Shown here piece after piece: positions 29,244 to 38,838 of a DNA stretch of 64,000 nucleotides. Where the stretch lies: NCBI GenBank assembly GCA_963667785.2, contig CAXXMU010000001.1:352001-416000 (forward strand). The letters run 5' to 3'. Position 1 is the first letter of the stretch. Each line of letters begins with the position of its first letter. A program made the translations under genes and the position numbers. Origin of the DNA: Alphaproteobacteria bacterium. GTDB lineage: Bacteria; Pseudomonadota; Alphaproteobacteria; UBA828. The notes beneath the pieces were generated by a model. The model was not told the DNA's origin, did not search any database, and saw only the letters and a program-made list of their open reading frames with translations.

Positions 29244-30560
29244 CTAGTCCTCGGGGCGCAGGTCGAAGACGCGCCTGGCCTTGCCGACGGAGCGTTCGAT
29301 CGTGCCGGGCTCCGAGACCGTGACGGCGCTGCTGATGCCGATCCGCGACTTAATCTGGTCGGCCAGCGCGTGCCCGGCTGCCGCACGCGTGGCCTCGTCG
29401 CCCGCGTCGGTCTTGGCCTCGACCACGACTGTCAGCTCGTCAAGACGGCGCGGCCGCCGCACCTCGAGGTAGTAGTGCGGCGAGAGGCGCTCGTCCTCGA
29501 GCAGGATCTCCTCCACCTGGGAGGGGAAGAGGTTGACCCCGCGGATGATCAGCATGTCGTCGCTGCGGCCTCTGATCCGCTGCATCCGCCGCATGGTGCG
29601 CGCCGTGCCCGGCAGCAGCCGGGTGAGATCGCGCGTGCGGTAGCGGATGATGGGGCACGCCTCCTTCGTGAGGGAGGTGAGGACCAGCTCCCCCATCTCG
29701 CCGTCCGGCAGGATGGCGCCGGTCTCGGGATCGACGATCTCGGGGTAGAAGTGGTCCTCCCAGATGTGGGGGCCGTCCCTGGTCTCCATGCACTCGACCG
29801 AGACGCCCGGACCGATGGCCTCGGAGCAGCCGTAGAGGTCGACCGCCATCATGGCGAAGCGGGTCTCGATCTCGTGGCGCATCGCCTCGGTCCACGGCTC
29901 GGCGCCGTGCAAGCCGATCTGCAGCGAGGAGCGGCGCGGATCCAGGCCCTGGCGCTCGAACTCGTCGGCGATCGCCAGCATGTAGGAGGGCGTGACGGCG
30001 ATCACGTGGGGCTCGAAGTCGCAGATCAGGCGCACCTGGCGCTCGGTGTAGCCGCCGGACGCGGGTATCACGGTGCATCCGAGCCGTTCGGCGCCGCTGT
30101 GGAGGCCGAGACCGCCGGTGAAGAGGCCGTAGCCGTAGGCGACGTGCACCAGATCGCCCGAGCGTGCGCCGGCGGCGCGAAGGGAGCGGGCCATGAGGTG
30201 CGCCCACATGTCGAGGTCGTTCCGGGTGTAGCCGACGACGGTGGGCACGCCGGTGGTGCCGCTCGACGCGTGGATTCGGATCACCTGCGAGCGCGGCACC
30301 GCGAACATGCCGAAGGGGTAGTCGCGGCGGAGGTCGTCCTTCACGGTGAACGGGAAGCGCGCGAGGTCGTCGAGGGAGGCGAGGTCGGCCGGGTCGACGC
30401 CGGCCTCGTCGAAGCTCGCCCGGTAGTGGGCGACGTTCCCGTAGGCGCGCTGCAGGGTGGAGCGGAGGCGCGCGAGCTGGAGCGCCGCTATCTCGTCGCG
30501 GCTCGCCGTCTCGATGGGTTCGAGCTCGTCCGGGTCAGGGGGGCGAGCGGGGTCGTTCAT
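29244..30560 (-). CDS. paaK: Phenylacetate-CoA ligase
   Basis: RIHASSGTTG, YGYGLFTGGLG, GAEPWT, IWEDHFYPE, RYRTRDLT, GRSDDMLIIRGVN. Confidence 0.93.
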   Translation of the reverse strand: MNDPARPPDPDELEPIETASRDEIAALQLARLRSTLQRAYGNVAHYRASFDEAGVDPADLASLDDLARFPFTVKDDLRRDYPFGMFAVPRSQVIRIHASSGTTGVPTVVGYTRNDLDMWAHLMARSLRAAGARSGDLVHVAYGYGLFTGGLGLHSGAERLGCTVIPASGGYTERQVRLICDFEPHVIAVTPSYMLAIADEFERQGLDPRRSSLQIGLHGAEPWTEAMRHEIETRFAMMAVDLYGCSEAIGPGVSVECMETRDGPHIWEDHFYPEIVDPETGAILPDGEMGELVLTSLTKEACPIIRYRTRDLTRLLPGTARTMRRMQRIRGRSDDMLIIRGVNLFPSQVEEILLEDERLSPHYYLEVRRPRRLDELTVVVEAKTDAGDEATRAAAGHALADQIKSRIGISSAVTVSEPGTIERSVGKARRVFDLRPED

Positions 30561-30618
30561 GGCGACTCTCCTGCAGCGCCGCACAATAGCGCATCGCGCG
30601 GCGGTGCCGTCACCCTCG

Positions 30619-30647
30619 TTGACAGCGCTCTGCCAGGCGCGGATAGT
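30619..30647 (+). promoter_or_regulatory. Putative sigma70 promoter of pheA
   Basis: TTGACA-N17-GATAGT. Confidence 0.45.
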
Positions 30648-30706
30648 CGGGCCTCGTCTGCACGCTCACCGGCACCGGCCGCCCGCACCCGTCGGTCGTT
30701 CAACCC

Positions 30707-31609
30707 ATGCCCCACGCGAACACCAGCAAAGACAGCGGCGACAAGGCCGCGGACCCCGCCGCCGTCATCGCCTTCCAGGGGAAGCACGGCGCCTACTCCG
30801 AGGCCGCCTGCGTGGCGCGCTACCCGGCGATGGCGACGCTCCCCTGCAATACCTTCGGCGATGCCTTCGCCGCGGTCGCCGAAGGCCGCGCGGCGCGCGC
30901 CATGATCCCGATCGAGAACTCGGCGGCGGGCCGCGTGGCCGACATCCACCAGCTCCTGCCCGAGGCCGACCTCCACATCGTCGCCGAGCACTTCGAGCGG
31001 GTCCGGCACAACCTCCTCGCCTGCCCGGGCGCCGACCCGGCGGCGCTCGAGACCGTCCGCTCGCACGTCCACGCGCTCTCCCAGTGCCGCAGGCTCATCC
31101 GCCGCAGGGGGCTGCTGCCGGTCGTACACGCCGATACCGCCGGTGCCGCCGCGGACGTGGCGGCGGCAGGCGATCCCACCCGGGCGGCCATCGCGTCCGC
31201 GCTGGCGGCCGAGACCTACGGGCTCGACATCGTAGAGGCGGATGTCGAGGACGAGGACGACAACACGACGCGCTTCGTGGTGCTGGAGCGGGAGCCGTTC
31301 AATCCCGACCCGGACGAGGGGCCGATCATCACCTCCTTCCTGTTCGAGTGCCGCAACGTGCCGGCGGCGCTCTACAAGTGCCTCGGCGGCTTCGCCACCA
31401 ACGGCGTGAACATGACCAAGCTCGAGAGCTACATGGTGGGCGGCTCCTTCTCGGCGACGGTCTTCTTGGCCGAGGTCGAGGGCCATCCGTCCGAGCTCGC
31501 CCTCGGCCGCGCGCTCAGCGAGCTCGACTACTTCTCGAGGGACGTCCGGATCATGGGCGTCTATCCGGCCCACCCCTACCGCCGGGAGGCGGCCTCCAAC
31601 AAGCGCTGA
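30707..31609 (+). CDS. pheA: Prephenate dehydratase
   Basis: AFQG..GAYS, PIENS, SHVHALSQC, NTTRF, ACT domain with NMTKLESY. Confidence 0.93.
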   Translation: MPHANTSKDSGDKAADPAAVIAFQGKHGAYSEAACVARYPAMATLPCNTFGDAFAAVAEGRAARAMIPIENSAAGRVADIHQLLPEADLHIVAEHFERVRHNLLACPGADPAALETVRSHVHALSQCRRLIRRRGLLPVVHADTAGAAADVAAAGDPTRAAIASALAAETYGLDIVEADVEDEDDNTTRFVVLEREPFNPDPDEGPIITSFLFECRNVPAALYKCLGGFATNGVNMTKLESYMVGGSFSATVFLAEVEGHPSELALGRALSELDYFSRDVRIMGVYPAHPYRREAASNKR

Positions 31610-31630
31610 CCGGGGCGCCCGGCTCGCGCT

Positions 31631-32401
31631 CTATTCCCAGCGCGGGTCGCGGCCCTCGCGGTAGGCCGCCATGGCCTCGGCGAAGTCGGGCGCGGAGACG
31701 GCCCGGTCCTGCAGCACCAGGTACTTGCGGAAGAAGTCGTCCCAGCCGAGGTCGAAGCAGTCGAGCAGCATCTGCTTGGAGGCCCGGCACCCGGCCGAGT
31801 TGGTGCTGGCATACTCGGCGAGCAGCGCCTCGTACTGCTCGAACGCGGTCTCCTCGGCGACCAGGTGATCGACCATGCCGATGCGCTCGGCCTCGGTCCC
31901 GTCGATCATGTTGCCGCGGATGATCAGCGACTTCGCGCGGCCCAGCCCGATATAGCGCGCGAGCCGGAAGGTGCCGAGACCGGGGATCAGCCCCTCCTTG
32001 ATGGCCGGCAGGCCGAGCTGGGCCGAGGGCGTGCAGGCGCGGATGTCGCAGGCCAGCGCGAGCTGGAGGCCGCCGCCGACGGCGTAGCCGTGGATCAGGC
32101 AGAGCACCAGCTTGTCCATGGTCTCGAACGCCCTGAGCGCCGTATCCCACATGTGGAAATAGCTCGGGTCGATCTGCCCGGCGGCGAGGTCCTTGAGGTC
32201 GATGCCGGTGGAGAACGCGCGGCCCGCGCCCGTGATCGACACCATGCGCAGGCTCTCGTCGTCGGCGATCTGCCGGGCGGCATCGAGCATCTCGCGCGCG
32301 CCTGTCATGGCGACGGCGTTCAGCCTCTCCGGCCGCCGCAGCTCGAGCCGGGCGAGGCTGCCGTCGCGGGTGAGCGAGATGGTTTCGTAGTCGGCGGTCA
32401 T
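31631..32401 (-). CDS. Enoyl-CoA hydratase/isomerase family protein
   Basis: RPERLNA, FSTGIDLK, GYAVGGGLQLALACDIR. Confidence 0.88.
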   Translation of the reverse strand: MTADYETISLTRDGSLARLELRRPERLNAVAMTGAREMLDAARQIADDESLRMVSITGAGRAFSTGIDLKDLAAGQIDPSYFHMWDTALRAFETMDKLVLCLIHGYAVGGGLQLALACDIRACTPSAQLGLPAIKEGLIPGLGTFRLARYIGLGRAKSLIIRGNMIDGTEAERIGMVDHLVAEETAFEQYEALLAEYASTNSAGCRASKQMLLDCFDLGWDDFFRKYLVLQDRAVSAPDFAEAMAAYREGRDPRWE

Positions 32402-32603
32402 GGCGGATATCCCTGGCAGCGATGCCGGCCGGGCCTAGAGCGCGCGGGCGGATCGGCTCGAAGAGGCCGCGCAGCATATCGTCGAACCTCCCGACGCGGA
32501 ACCCGCGGGCCCCGAAGCCAGGGTCTCAGGCCGGGCGCGGCTCCCGGCTACGCGCGTCGCCGGGAAGAGTGCATAATCCGCGCAGACACCGGGACCGACG
32601 CCC

Positions 32604-34754
32604 ATGGCCGAGCGATCGTTCGCCAAGGAAGTTCAGGACCTGCGCCTCGGCGCGGGCCAGGAGTTCCGCGGCGAGGGCATCCTGGCGATCACCAAGGCTC
32701 TGCTGGAATGTGGCGTCGGCTATGTCGGCGGCTATCCGGGCGCTCCGGTCTCGCATCTGATCGACGTTCTTTCCGACGCCGAGGAGATCCTGGACGAGCT
32801 CGGCGTGCACTTCGAGGCCAACGCCAGCGAGGCCGCCGCCGCCGCCATGCTCGCGGCATCCGTCAACTATCCGATCCGCGGCGCGGTCACGTTCAAGGGA
32901 CCGGTCGGCGCCAATGTCGCGGCCGACGCGCTGGCCAATCTCTCCTCCGGCGGGGTGATGGGCGGCGCGCTGGTGATCCTCGGCGAGGACTACGGCGAAG
33001 GCTCCTCGATCATGCAGGAGCGCACCCATGCCTTCGCCACCAAGTCCCAGCTCTGGCTGATGGACCCGCGGCCCAACCTTCCCTCGATCGTCAAGGCCGT
33101 GCGGGACGGCTTCGCGCTGTCGGAGGCGTCCAACACGCCGGTGATCCTGGAGGTTCGCATCCGGGCCTGCCATGTCTACGGCGCGTTCGAGGCAGGGGAC
33201 AACCGCCCGCCCCAGCTCACGGTGCGCGAGGCGCTCGATAACCCGCAGCGCCGGACCGACCGCATCGCGCTGCCGCCCAACACCTACCGTCACGAGATCG
33301 AGAAGGTCACCCGGCGCATGCCCGCGGCGCTCGACTTCATTCGCGAGCGCGGGCTGAACGAGCGCTTCGGCGAGGGCGGCGAGGTCGGGATCATCCTGCA
33401 GGGCGGCATGTACAACGGCGTGATCCGGGCGCTGCAGCGGCTGGGGCTGGCCGATGCCTACGGCGAGACGCAGATTCCGCTTCTCGTCCTCAACGTCACC
33501 TACCCTCTGGTCGACTCCGAGGTGCTCGAGTTCTGCCGGGACAAGAAGGCGGTTCTGGTGGTGGAGGAGGGCCAGCCCGCCTACATCGAGGATGCGATCG
33601 CCGCCGCCCTCTACCGGGCCGGCGCCGGCTGCAAGCTCGAGGGCAAGGGCACTCTGCCAATGGCCGGCGAATACACCGGCTCCGTGCTGATGGAGGGGGT
33701 GACGCGCTTCCTGCGCGAACACGGGGAGCGGCATCTGCCGGACGCGGAGCGCGCGCCCGGCGACGGCGCGCCGGAGACGGCGCCTCCCGATCTCTCGGAT
33801 ATCGTCCCGATCCGCCCGCCCGGCTTCTGCACCGGCTGTCCGGAGCGTCCGATCTTCGCCGCCACGAAGCTGGTGGAGGAGGAGCTGGGCGTCCACCACA
33901 TCGCGAGCGACATCGGCTGCCACCTCTTCTCGATCCTGCCGCCTTTCGAGATCGGCTCCACCACCATGGGCTACGGCCTCGGGCCGGCATCTGCGGCCGG
34001 GCTCGGCGTCAAGGGAGGCCGGCGCTCGATCAGCTTCATCGGCGACGGTGGGTTCTGGCACAACGGGCTGACATCGTCGGTCGGCAACGCGGTCTACAAC
34101 CAGAGCGACGACGTGATCGTGGTGGTGGACAATTTCTACGCCGCCGCCACCGGCGGGCAGGACGTTCCCTCCTCTCGTGCCGCGCCCGCGACCAGGTCCA
34201 CGCAGCATTCGATCGCGGACGCGGTCAGGGGCCTCGGCGTCACATGGGTGCGGGAGATCGACCGGACCTACGACGTGGGACGGCTGAAGGAGACGCTGAC
34301 CGAGGCACTGACGACGCCGGAAGCCGGGCCGAAGGTGATCGTCGCCTCCTCCGAATGCATGCTGAACAAGCAGCGGCGCGAACGACCCCGGCGGGAGCAG
34401 GCCATCGCGGCCGGCGAGCGGGCGGTGGTGCCGCGCTTCGGCGTGGACGAGGACGTCTGCACCGGCGACCACGCCTGCATGCGGCTCTCCGGCTGCCCAT
34501 CGCTCTCGGTGAAGACTCTCGACGACCCGCTCCGCGACGATCCCGTCGCGGCGATCGACGAGAGCTGCGTCGGCTGCGGCAATTGCGGCGAGGTCGCGGA
34601 GGCCGCGGTGCTCTGCCCCTCCTTTCACCGGGTCGATATCGTCCGCAATCCGGGCCTCGCCGAGCGCATCGCCGCCCGGCTCGGCGGCGCGCTCATCGGC
34701 TGGCTGCAGGCCAGGCGCGACCGCCGACGGCTCGTGTTCGGAGAAGGCGGGTGA
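32604..34754 (+). CDS. iorA: Indolepyruvate:ferredoxin oxidoreductase alpha subunit
   Basis: GGYPGAP, RPPGFCTGCPER, DIGCH, GDGGFWHNG TPP motif, C-terminal ferredoxin CVGCGNC. Confidence 0.9.
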   Translation: MAERSFAKEVQDLRLGAGQEFRGEGILAITKALLECGVGYVGGYPGAPVSHLIDVLSDAEEILDELGVHFEANASEAAAAAMLAASVNYPIRGAVTFKGPVGANVAADALANLSSGGVMGGALVILGEDYGEGSSIMQERTHAFATKSQLWLMDPRPNLPSIVKAVRDGFALSEASNTPVILEVRIRACHVYGAFEAGDNRPPQLTVREALDNPQRRTDRIALPPNTYRHEIEKVTRRMPAALDFIRERGLNERFGEGGEVGIILQGGMYNGVIRALQRLGLADAYGETQIPLLVLNVTYPLVDSEVLEFCRDKKAVLVVEEGQPAYIEDAIAAALYRAGAGCKLEGKGTLPMAGEYTGSVLMEGVTRFLREHGERHLPDAERAPGDGAPETAPPDLSDIVPIRPPGFCTGCPERPIFAATKLVEEELGVHHIASDIGCHLFSILPPFEIGSTTMGYGLGPASAAGLGVKGGRRSISFIGDGGFWHNGLTSSVGNAVYNQSDDVIVVVDNFYAAATGGQDVPSSRAAPATRSTQHSIADAVRGLGVTWVREIDRTYDVGRLKETLTEALTTPEAGPKVIVASSECMLNKQRRERPRREQAIAAGERAVVPRFGVDEDVCTGDHACMRLSGCPSLSVKTLDDPLRDDPVAAIDESCVGCGNCGEVAEAAVLCPSFHRVDIVRNPGLAERIAARLGGALIGWLQARRDRRRLVFGEGG

Positions 34755-36253
34755 GCGCGCCGCAGGTGATCAAGCTCGCGATCCTCGCCGTCGGCGGGCA
34801 GGGCGGCGGCGTGCTGACGGGATGGATCGTGGCGCTGGCCGAGGCCAACGGCTGGCGGGTCCAGTCGACCGTCGTGGCGGGCGTCGCGCAGCGCACCGGG
34901 GCGACCATCTACTACCTCGAGATGTCGCCGGCGGCGGAGCGGGAGCCGGTCTTCGCGCTCGCGCCGTCGGCGGGCGACGTGGACATCCTGATCGCCGCGG
35001 AGCTGATGGAGGCGGGCCGCGCGGTGATGCGCGGCTTCGTGACACCCGACCGGACCACGCTGATCGCGTCCACCCACCGCACCCACGCGGTCTCGGAGAA
35101 GATCGCGCCGGGCGACGGGCGGGCGCCCGAGGCCGAGGTCTTCGCCGCCATGGAGGGGGCGGCGAAGCAGCTCGTCACGGCGGACTACCAGCGGGCGGCG
35201 GCGGACGCCGGCTCGGTGATCTCCGCAAGCCTCTTCGGCGCGCTCGCCGCAACGGACGCGCTGCCCTTCCCCCGCGCGAGCTTCGAGGACGTGATCAGGG
35301 CATCGGGCCGCGGGGTCGACGCGAGCCTGCGCGCCTTCGAGGCGGGCGCGGCAGGCAACCCACCGCCCACCGAAGAGGCGGCCCGCAGCGAGGCGGGGCC
35401 GCGCGGGCCGGCCCGGCTGATGGCGGAATGGCGGGCGCTGGAGACCCGGCTCGCGACGCTGCCCGACCCGGTCCGCGCCATGGCGGCGGCAGGCCTCAGG
35501 CATGTGGTCGACTTTCAAGACCCGGCTTACGGCCGGGAGTATCTCGACCGCCTGGACCGCGTCGTGGCGGCGGACGATGGCGACTTCGCGCTCTCCGTCG
35601 CCGCCGCCAAGCATGTCGCCAACGCCATGGCCTATGACGACGTGATCCGGGTGGCGGACCTGAAGACCCGCCGCTCCCGCTTCGAGCGGGTGCGCCGCGA
35701 GATGGGGCTCGGCCCGGGCGACGTGGCCCATATAACCGAGTTCATGCGTCCGCGGGTCGAGGAGCTGTGCGGCACGATGCCGGCAGGCCTCGGCGCCTGG
35801 ATCGAGGCCAGGCCCCGGCTTGTCCGCTGGATCGACGCCCGGATCAACAGGGGCCGACGGGTGCGCAGCGACGGGGTTCTCTGGTTCGGCCTGCTCTACG
35901 TCCTCGCCGCGGGGAAGCGGTGGCGCCGCAGCATGCTCCGCCACCGGGTCGAGACGGCGCATCTCGAGCGCTGGCTAGCGTTGGCGCTGGAAGCCGCGCG
36001 GACGGACCGGGAGCTCGCGGCGGAGATCGTGAACTGCCGCAGGCTGATCAAGGGATATTCCGACACCCGCGCCAGGGGCGAGGCCACGTTCGACAAGGTG
36101 CTCGCGGCGCTCTCCATGCTGGAAGGCCGCGCGGATGCGGCCGACTGGCTGCGCCGGCTGCGCGAGGCGGCGCTCCGAGACGAGAAGGGCGAGGCCCTGG
36201 AGGGCGGGCTGAAGACGATCGCCTCCTTTGCTGCGGAGGCGGCGGCGACCTAG
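34751..36253 (+). CDS. iorB: Indolepyruvate oxidoreductase beta-subunit family protein
   Basis: GTGA overlap with iorA; AVGGQGGGVL, VAGVAQRTGAT, MAYDDVIRVADLK, LIKGYSDT. Confidence 0.88.
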   Translation: MSAPQVIKLAILAVGGQGGGVLTGWIVALAEANGWRVQSTVVAGVAQRTGATIYYLEMSPAAEREPVFALAPSAGDVDILIAAELMEAGRAVMRGFVTPDRTTLIASTHRTHAVSEKIAPGDGRAPEAEVFAAMEGAAKQLVTADYQRAAADAGSVISASLFGALAATDALPFPRASFEDVIRASGRGVDASLRAFEAGAAGNPPPTEEAARSEAGPRGPARLMAEWRALETRLATLPDPVRAMAAAGLRHVVDFQDPAYGREYLDRLDRVVAADDGDFALSVAAAKHVANAMAYDDVIRVADLKTRRSRFERVRREMGLGPGDVAHITEFMRPRVEELCGTMPAGLGAWIEARPRLVRWIDARINRGRRVRSDGVLWFGLLYVLAAGKRWRRSMLRHRVETAHLERWLALALEAARTDRELAAEIVNCRRLIKGYSDTRARGEATFDKVLAALSMLEGRADAADWLRRLREAALRDEKGEALEGGLKTIASFAAEAAAT

Positions 36254-36412
36254 CCCGATAGCGGGCGCACGCGCCAACCGACCGAAACTTTTTCCCGAAG
36301 TCGGTATCACGGGCAAATAGGTGTTGCGACCCGCGGCTTGCGGGTATATGCCGCCGCTCCCGGGTTGGACCGTATTGTTTAGCCGGCCCCGCCACCCCAC
36401 ATCGGCATCGCC

Positions 36413-37663
36413 ATGACCACGACGCTTCGGCAGCTCGCCGCGCTGCTGCTCAGCACGGCGATCCTCTTCACCGGCAACGGGCTGATCAACACGTTGCTGC
36501 CCGTGCGCGCCGAGATCGAGGCGTTCTCCACGCTCGAGATCGGCCTGCTCGGCACGGTCTATTTCGCGGGCTTCATCCTCGGCTGCCTCAACGTGCCCCT
36601 GGTGGTGCGCCGGGTCGGCCACATCAGGACCTTCGCGGCGCTCTCCAGCGTGATCGCCGCGACGGCGCTGGCCCATGTCTTCTTCATCGACCCCATCGCC
36701 TGGGGGGTGCTGCGCTTCCTCGTCGGCTTCGCCTTCGCCGGCCTCTACGTGGCCATCGAGAGCTGGCTGAACGACCGCGCCGCGTCTGCCAACCGCGGTG
36801 CGATCATGTCGGCCTACACGTTCATCTGCCTGTGCGTGCTGATGGCGGGCCAGTTCCTGCTGACGGCGTACGATCCCGCCGGCTTCGAGCCGTTCGCGCT
36901 GGTCGCGATCCTGATCGCCATCGCGCTGGTGCCGGTGTCGCTGACCAAGGCGCCGGAGCCGCCCCGGCCCGTGACCATCGGCCTCGACATCGCGGGCCTC
37001 TGGCGGCTCTCGCCCGTGGGCTTCGTCGGCTGCCTGAGCGTCGGCCTCGTCAACGGCTCGTTCTGGTCGCTGGGGCCGGTCTTCGCCAGCCGCAGCGGGC
37101 TGGACATCGACGGCCTCGTCTACTTCATCGCCGGCGCGACCCTCGCCGGCGCCCTGCTGCAGTGGCCGCTGGGCCTCGTGTCCGACCGCATCGACCGGCG
37201 CTTCGTGATCGTCGGCGCAACGCTTTGCGCGGCGGCGAGCGGTGTCCTGCTCAGCACCTGGGCGGAGCCCTCGCGCCTCCTGCTGATCGCTCTCTCGGCC
37301 GCATTCGGCGGCTTCGCCATGCCGCTCTACGCCGTCTCGGTGGCGCATGCGAACGACCACGCGGCCGACACCCGCTTCGTGGCGACGGCGGGTGGGCTGC
37401 TGCTCGTCTACGGCATCGGCGCGTCGCTCGGGCCGCTGATCGCATCGACGCTGATGGGATACTACGGCAGCGGCGGGCTCTTCATGTTCACGACCGCCGT
37501 CCACGCGGCGCTGGCGCTGTTCACCATCGTCCGCATGACGCTGCGGCCGAGGCGGGCGGCGGAGGACCGCACCGGCTTTGTCGCCGTGCCGCGCACCTCG
37601 CCCACCCTCTACGAGCTGGACCCGCGATCCGAAGCGGAATCGGACGGCGACACGACGCGCTAA
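36413..37663 (+). CDS. MFS transporter (YcaD-like)
   Basis: 12 TM pattern, RVGHIRTFA, IESWLN, QWPLGLVSDRIDRR, AHAND. Confidence 0.9.
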   Translation: MTTTLRQLAALLLSTAILFTGNGLINTLLPVRAEIEAFSTLEIGLLGTVYFAGFILGCLNVPLVVRRVGHIRTFAALSSVIAATALAHVFFIDPIAWGVLRFLVGFAFAGLYVAIESWLNDRAASANRGAIMSAYTFICLCVLMAGQFLLTAYDPAGFEPFALVAILIAIALVPVSLTKAPEPPRPVTIGLDIAGLWRLSPVGFVGCLSVGLVNGSFWSLGPVFASRSGLDIDGLVYFIAGATLAGALLQWPLGLVSDRIDRRFVIVGATLCAAASGVLLSTWAEPSRLLLIALSAAFGGFAMPLYAVSVAHANDHAADTRFVATAGGLLLVYGIGASLGPLIASTLMGYYGSGGLFMFTTAVHAALALFTIVRMTLRPRRAAEDRTGFVAVPRTSPTLYELDPRSEAESDGDTTR

Positions 37664-37738
37664 TGCGGTCATGCTGGTAGGGTTCCGGCGGACGCCTGCG
37701 CGCGTCCCGGCCGCTCTCGCAGACCGTGAGGAGGCCTC

Positions 37739-38620
37739 TTGACCACGTTCTCCGGGCCCGATCGCGGCCGCATCACCGGCCGCCTGTGGGTGCTCGCGGC
37801 CGGGCTTTGCATGAGCCTCGGCGGGCCGATCATCCGGCTCGCCGATGAAAGCACCGCGTGGCAGTTCCTCTTCTACCGCTCCCTCGGCGCGGCGCTGGCG
37901 GTGCTCGTCTACCTGATCCTCACCCGTCGCCCCGTGCTCTCCACGATCCGCCGCGCAGGCCTGACCGGCGTGCTGGCGGGCGTCGGTCTCTCGATCGCCT
38001 TCACCGGCTACGTGTGGGGCGTCATGCACTCCACCGTGGCGAATGCGCTCCTCCTGATCAGCGCGTCTCCGTTGTTTGCGGCGTTCCTCGGCTGGGTGGT
38101 GCTGCGCGAGCGGGTGGCCCGTTCGATGTGGTTCGCCATGGCCGGCGTGATCGCCGGTGTCGCGATCATGATCGGGGAGGGTCTCGTCGAGGCCGATTTC
38201 CTCGGCGATCTGGCGGCGCTGGCGTCCGCGGTCGGTTTCGCCGGCTTCTCCGTCTGCATCCGACACGGCCGGCACACCGACATGAGCCCGTCGATCCTGA
38301 TCGCCGCCGCCATCACCATCGTCTTCAGCGGGACGATGGCGGCAGCCAGCGGCACCGGCCTCGCGCCGCCGATCGTGGACGTGGGCCTTGCCACGATGTA
38401 CGGCGTGCTGGTGATCGGCGCCGGCATCTTCATGCTCACCATCGGCGCGCGAAACGTCCCCGCCGCGGAGCTGCTCGTCCTGTCCTTGACGGAGGTGGTG
38501 TTCGCGTCGCTCTGGGTGGCGCTCGCCTTCGGAGAGGTGCCGAGCGTTCTTACCCTCGTCGGCGGCCTGATCATCCTCGGCAGCATTGGCGGCCAGGCCG
38601 CCGTCGGGATGCGCCGGTAG
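37739..38620 (+). CDS. DMT/EamA family transporter
   Basis: Two EamA-like halves, LGWVVLRERV, FGEVPS; TTG start after GAGGAGG. Confidence 0.85.
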   Translation: MTTFSGPDRGRITGRLWVLAAGLCMSLGGPIIRLADESTAWQFLFYRSLGAALAVLVYLILTRRPVLSTIRRAGLTGVLAGVGLSIAFTGYVWGVMHSTVANALLLISASPLFAAFLGWVVLRERVARSMWFAMAGVIAGVAIMIGEGLVEADFLGDLAALASAVGFAGFSVCIRHGRHTDMSPSILIAAAITIVFSGTMAAASGTGLAPPIVDVGLATMYGVLVIGAGIFMLTIGARNVPAAELLVLSLTEVVFASLWVALAFGEVPSVLTLVGGLIILGSIGGQAAVGMRR

Positions 38621-38838
38621 CCGCGCCACAAGAACGCGGCATCCAACCGCCGAGGGAGCCATAAGGAGGCGCTATCCGTCCGCAAAGAAAACGGTATTGG
38701 TGCGCGGCGCCCGGCGTCGGGCACCATGGTCCCCATCCTGCGCAGGTTGAGCGGGGGTGGGAGCGGAAGCCTCCCTGACCGTAGTCCCGCCTCGTCGCCG
38801 CCGGCGCCGGTTGTTGCCGGCGCCGGCGGCAAGGGGGC

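Noticed and set aside
38621-38838. 220-bp gap between the DMT gene and dinB as an ncRNA
   Set aside because: No recognisable promoter, terminator or RNA family motif
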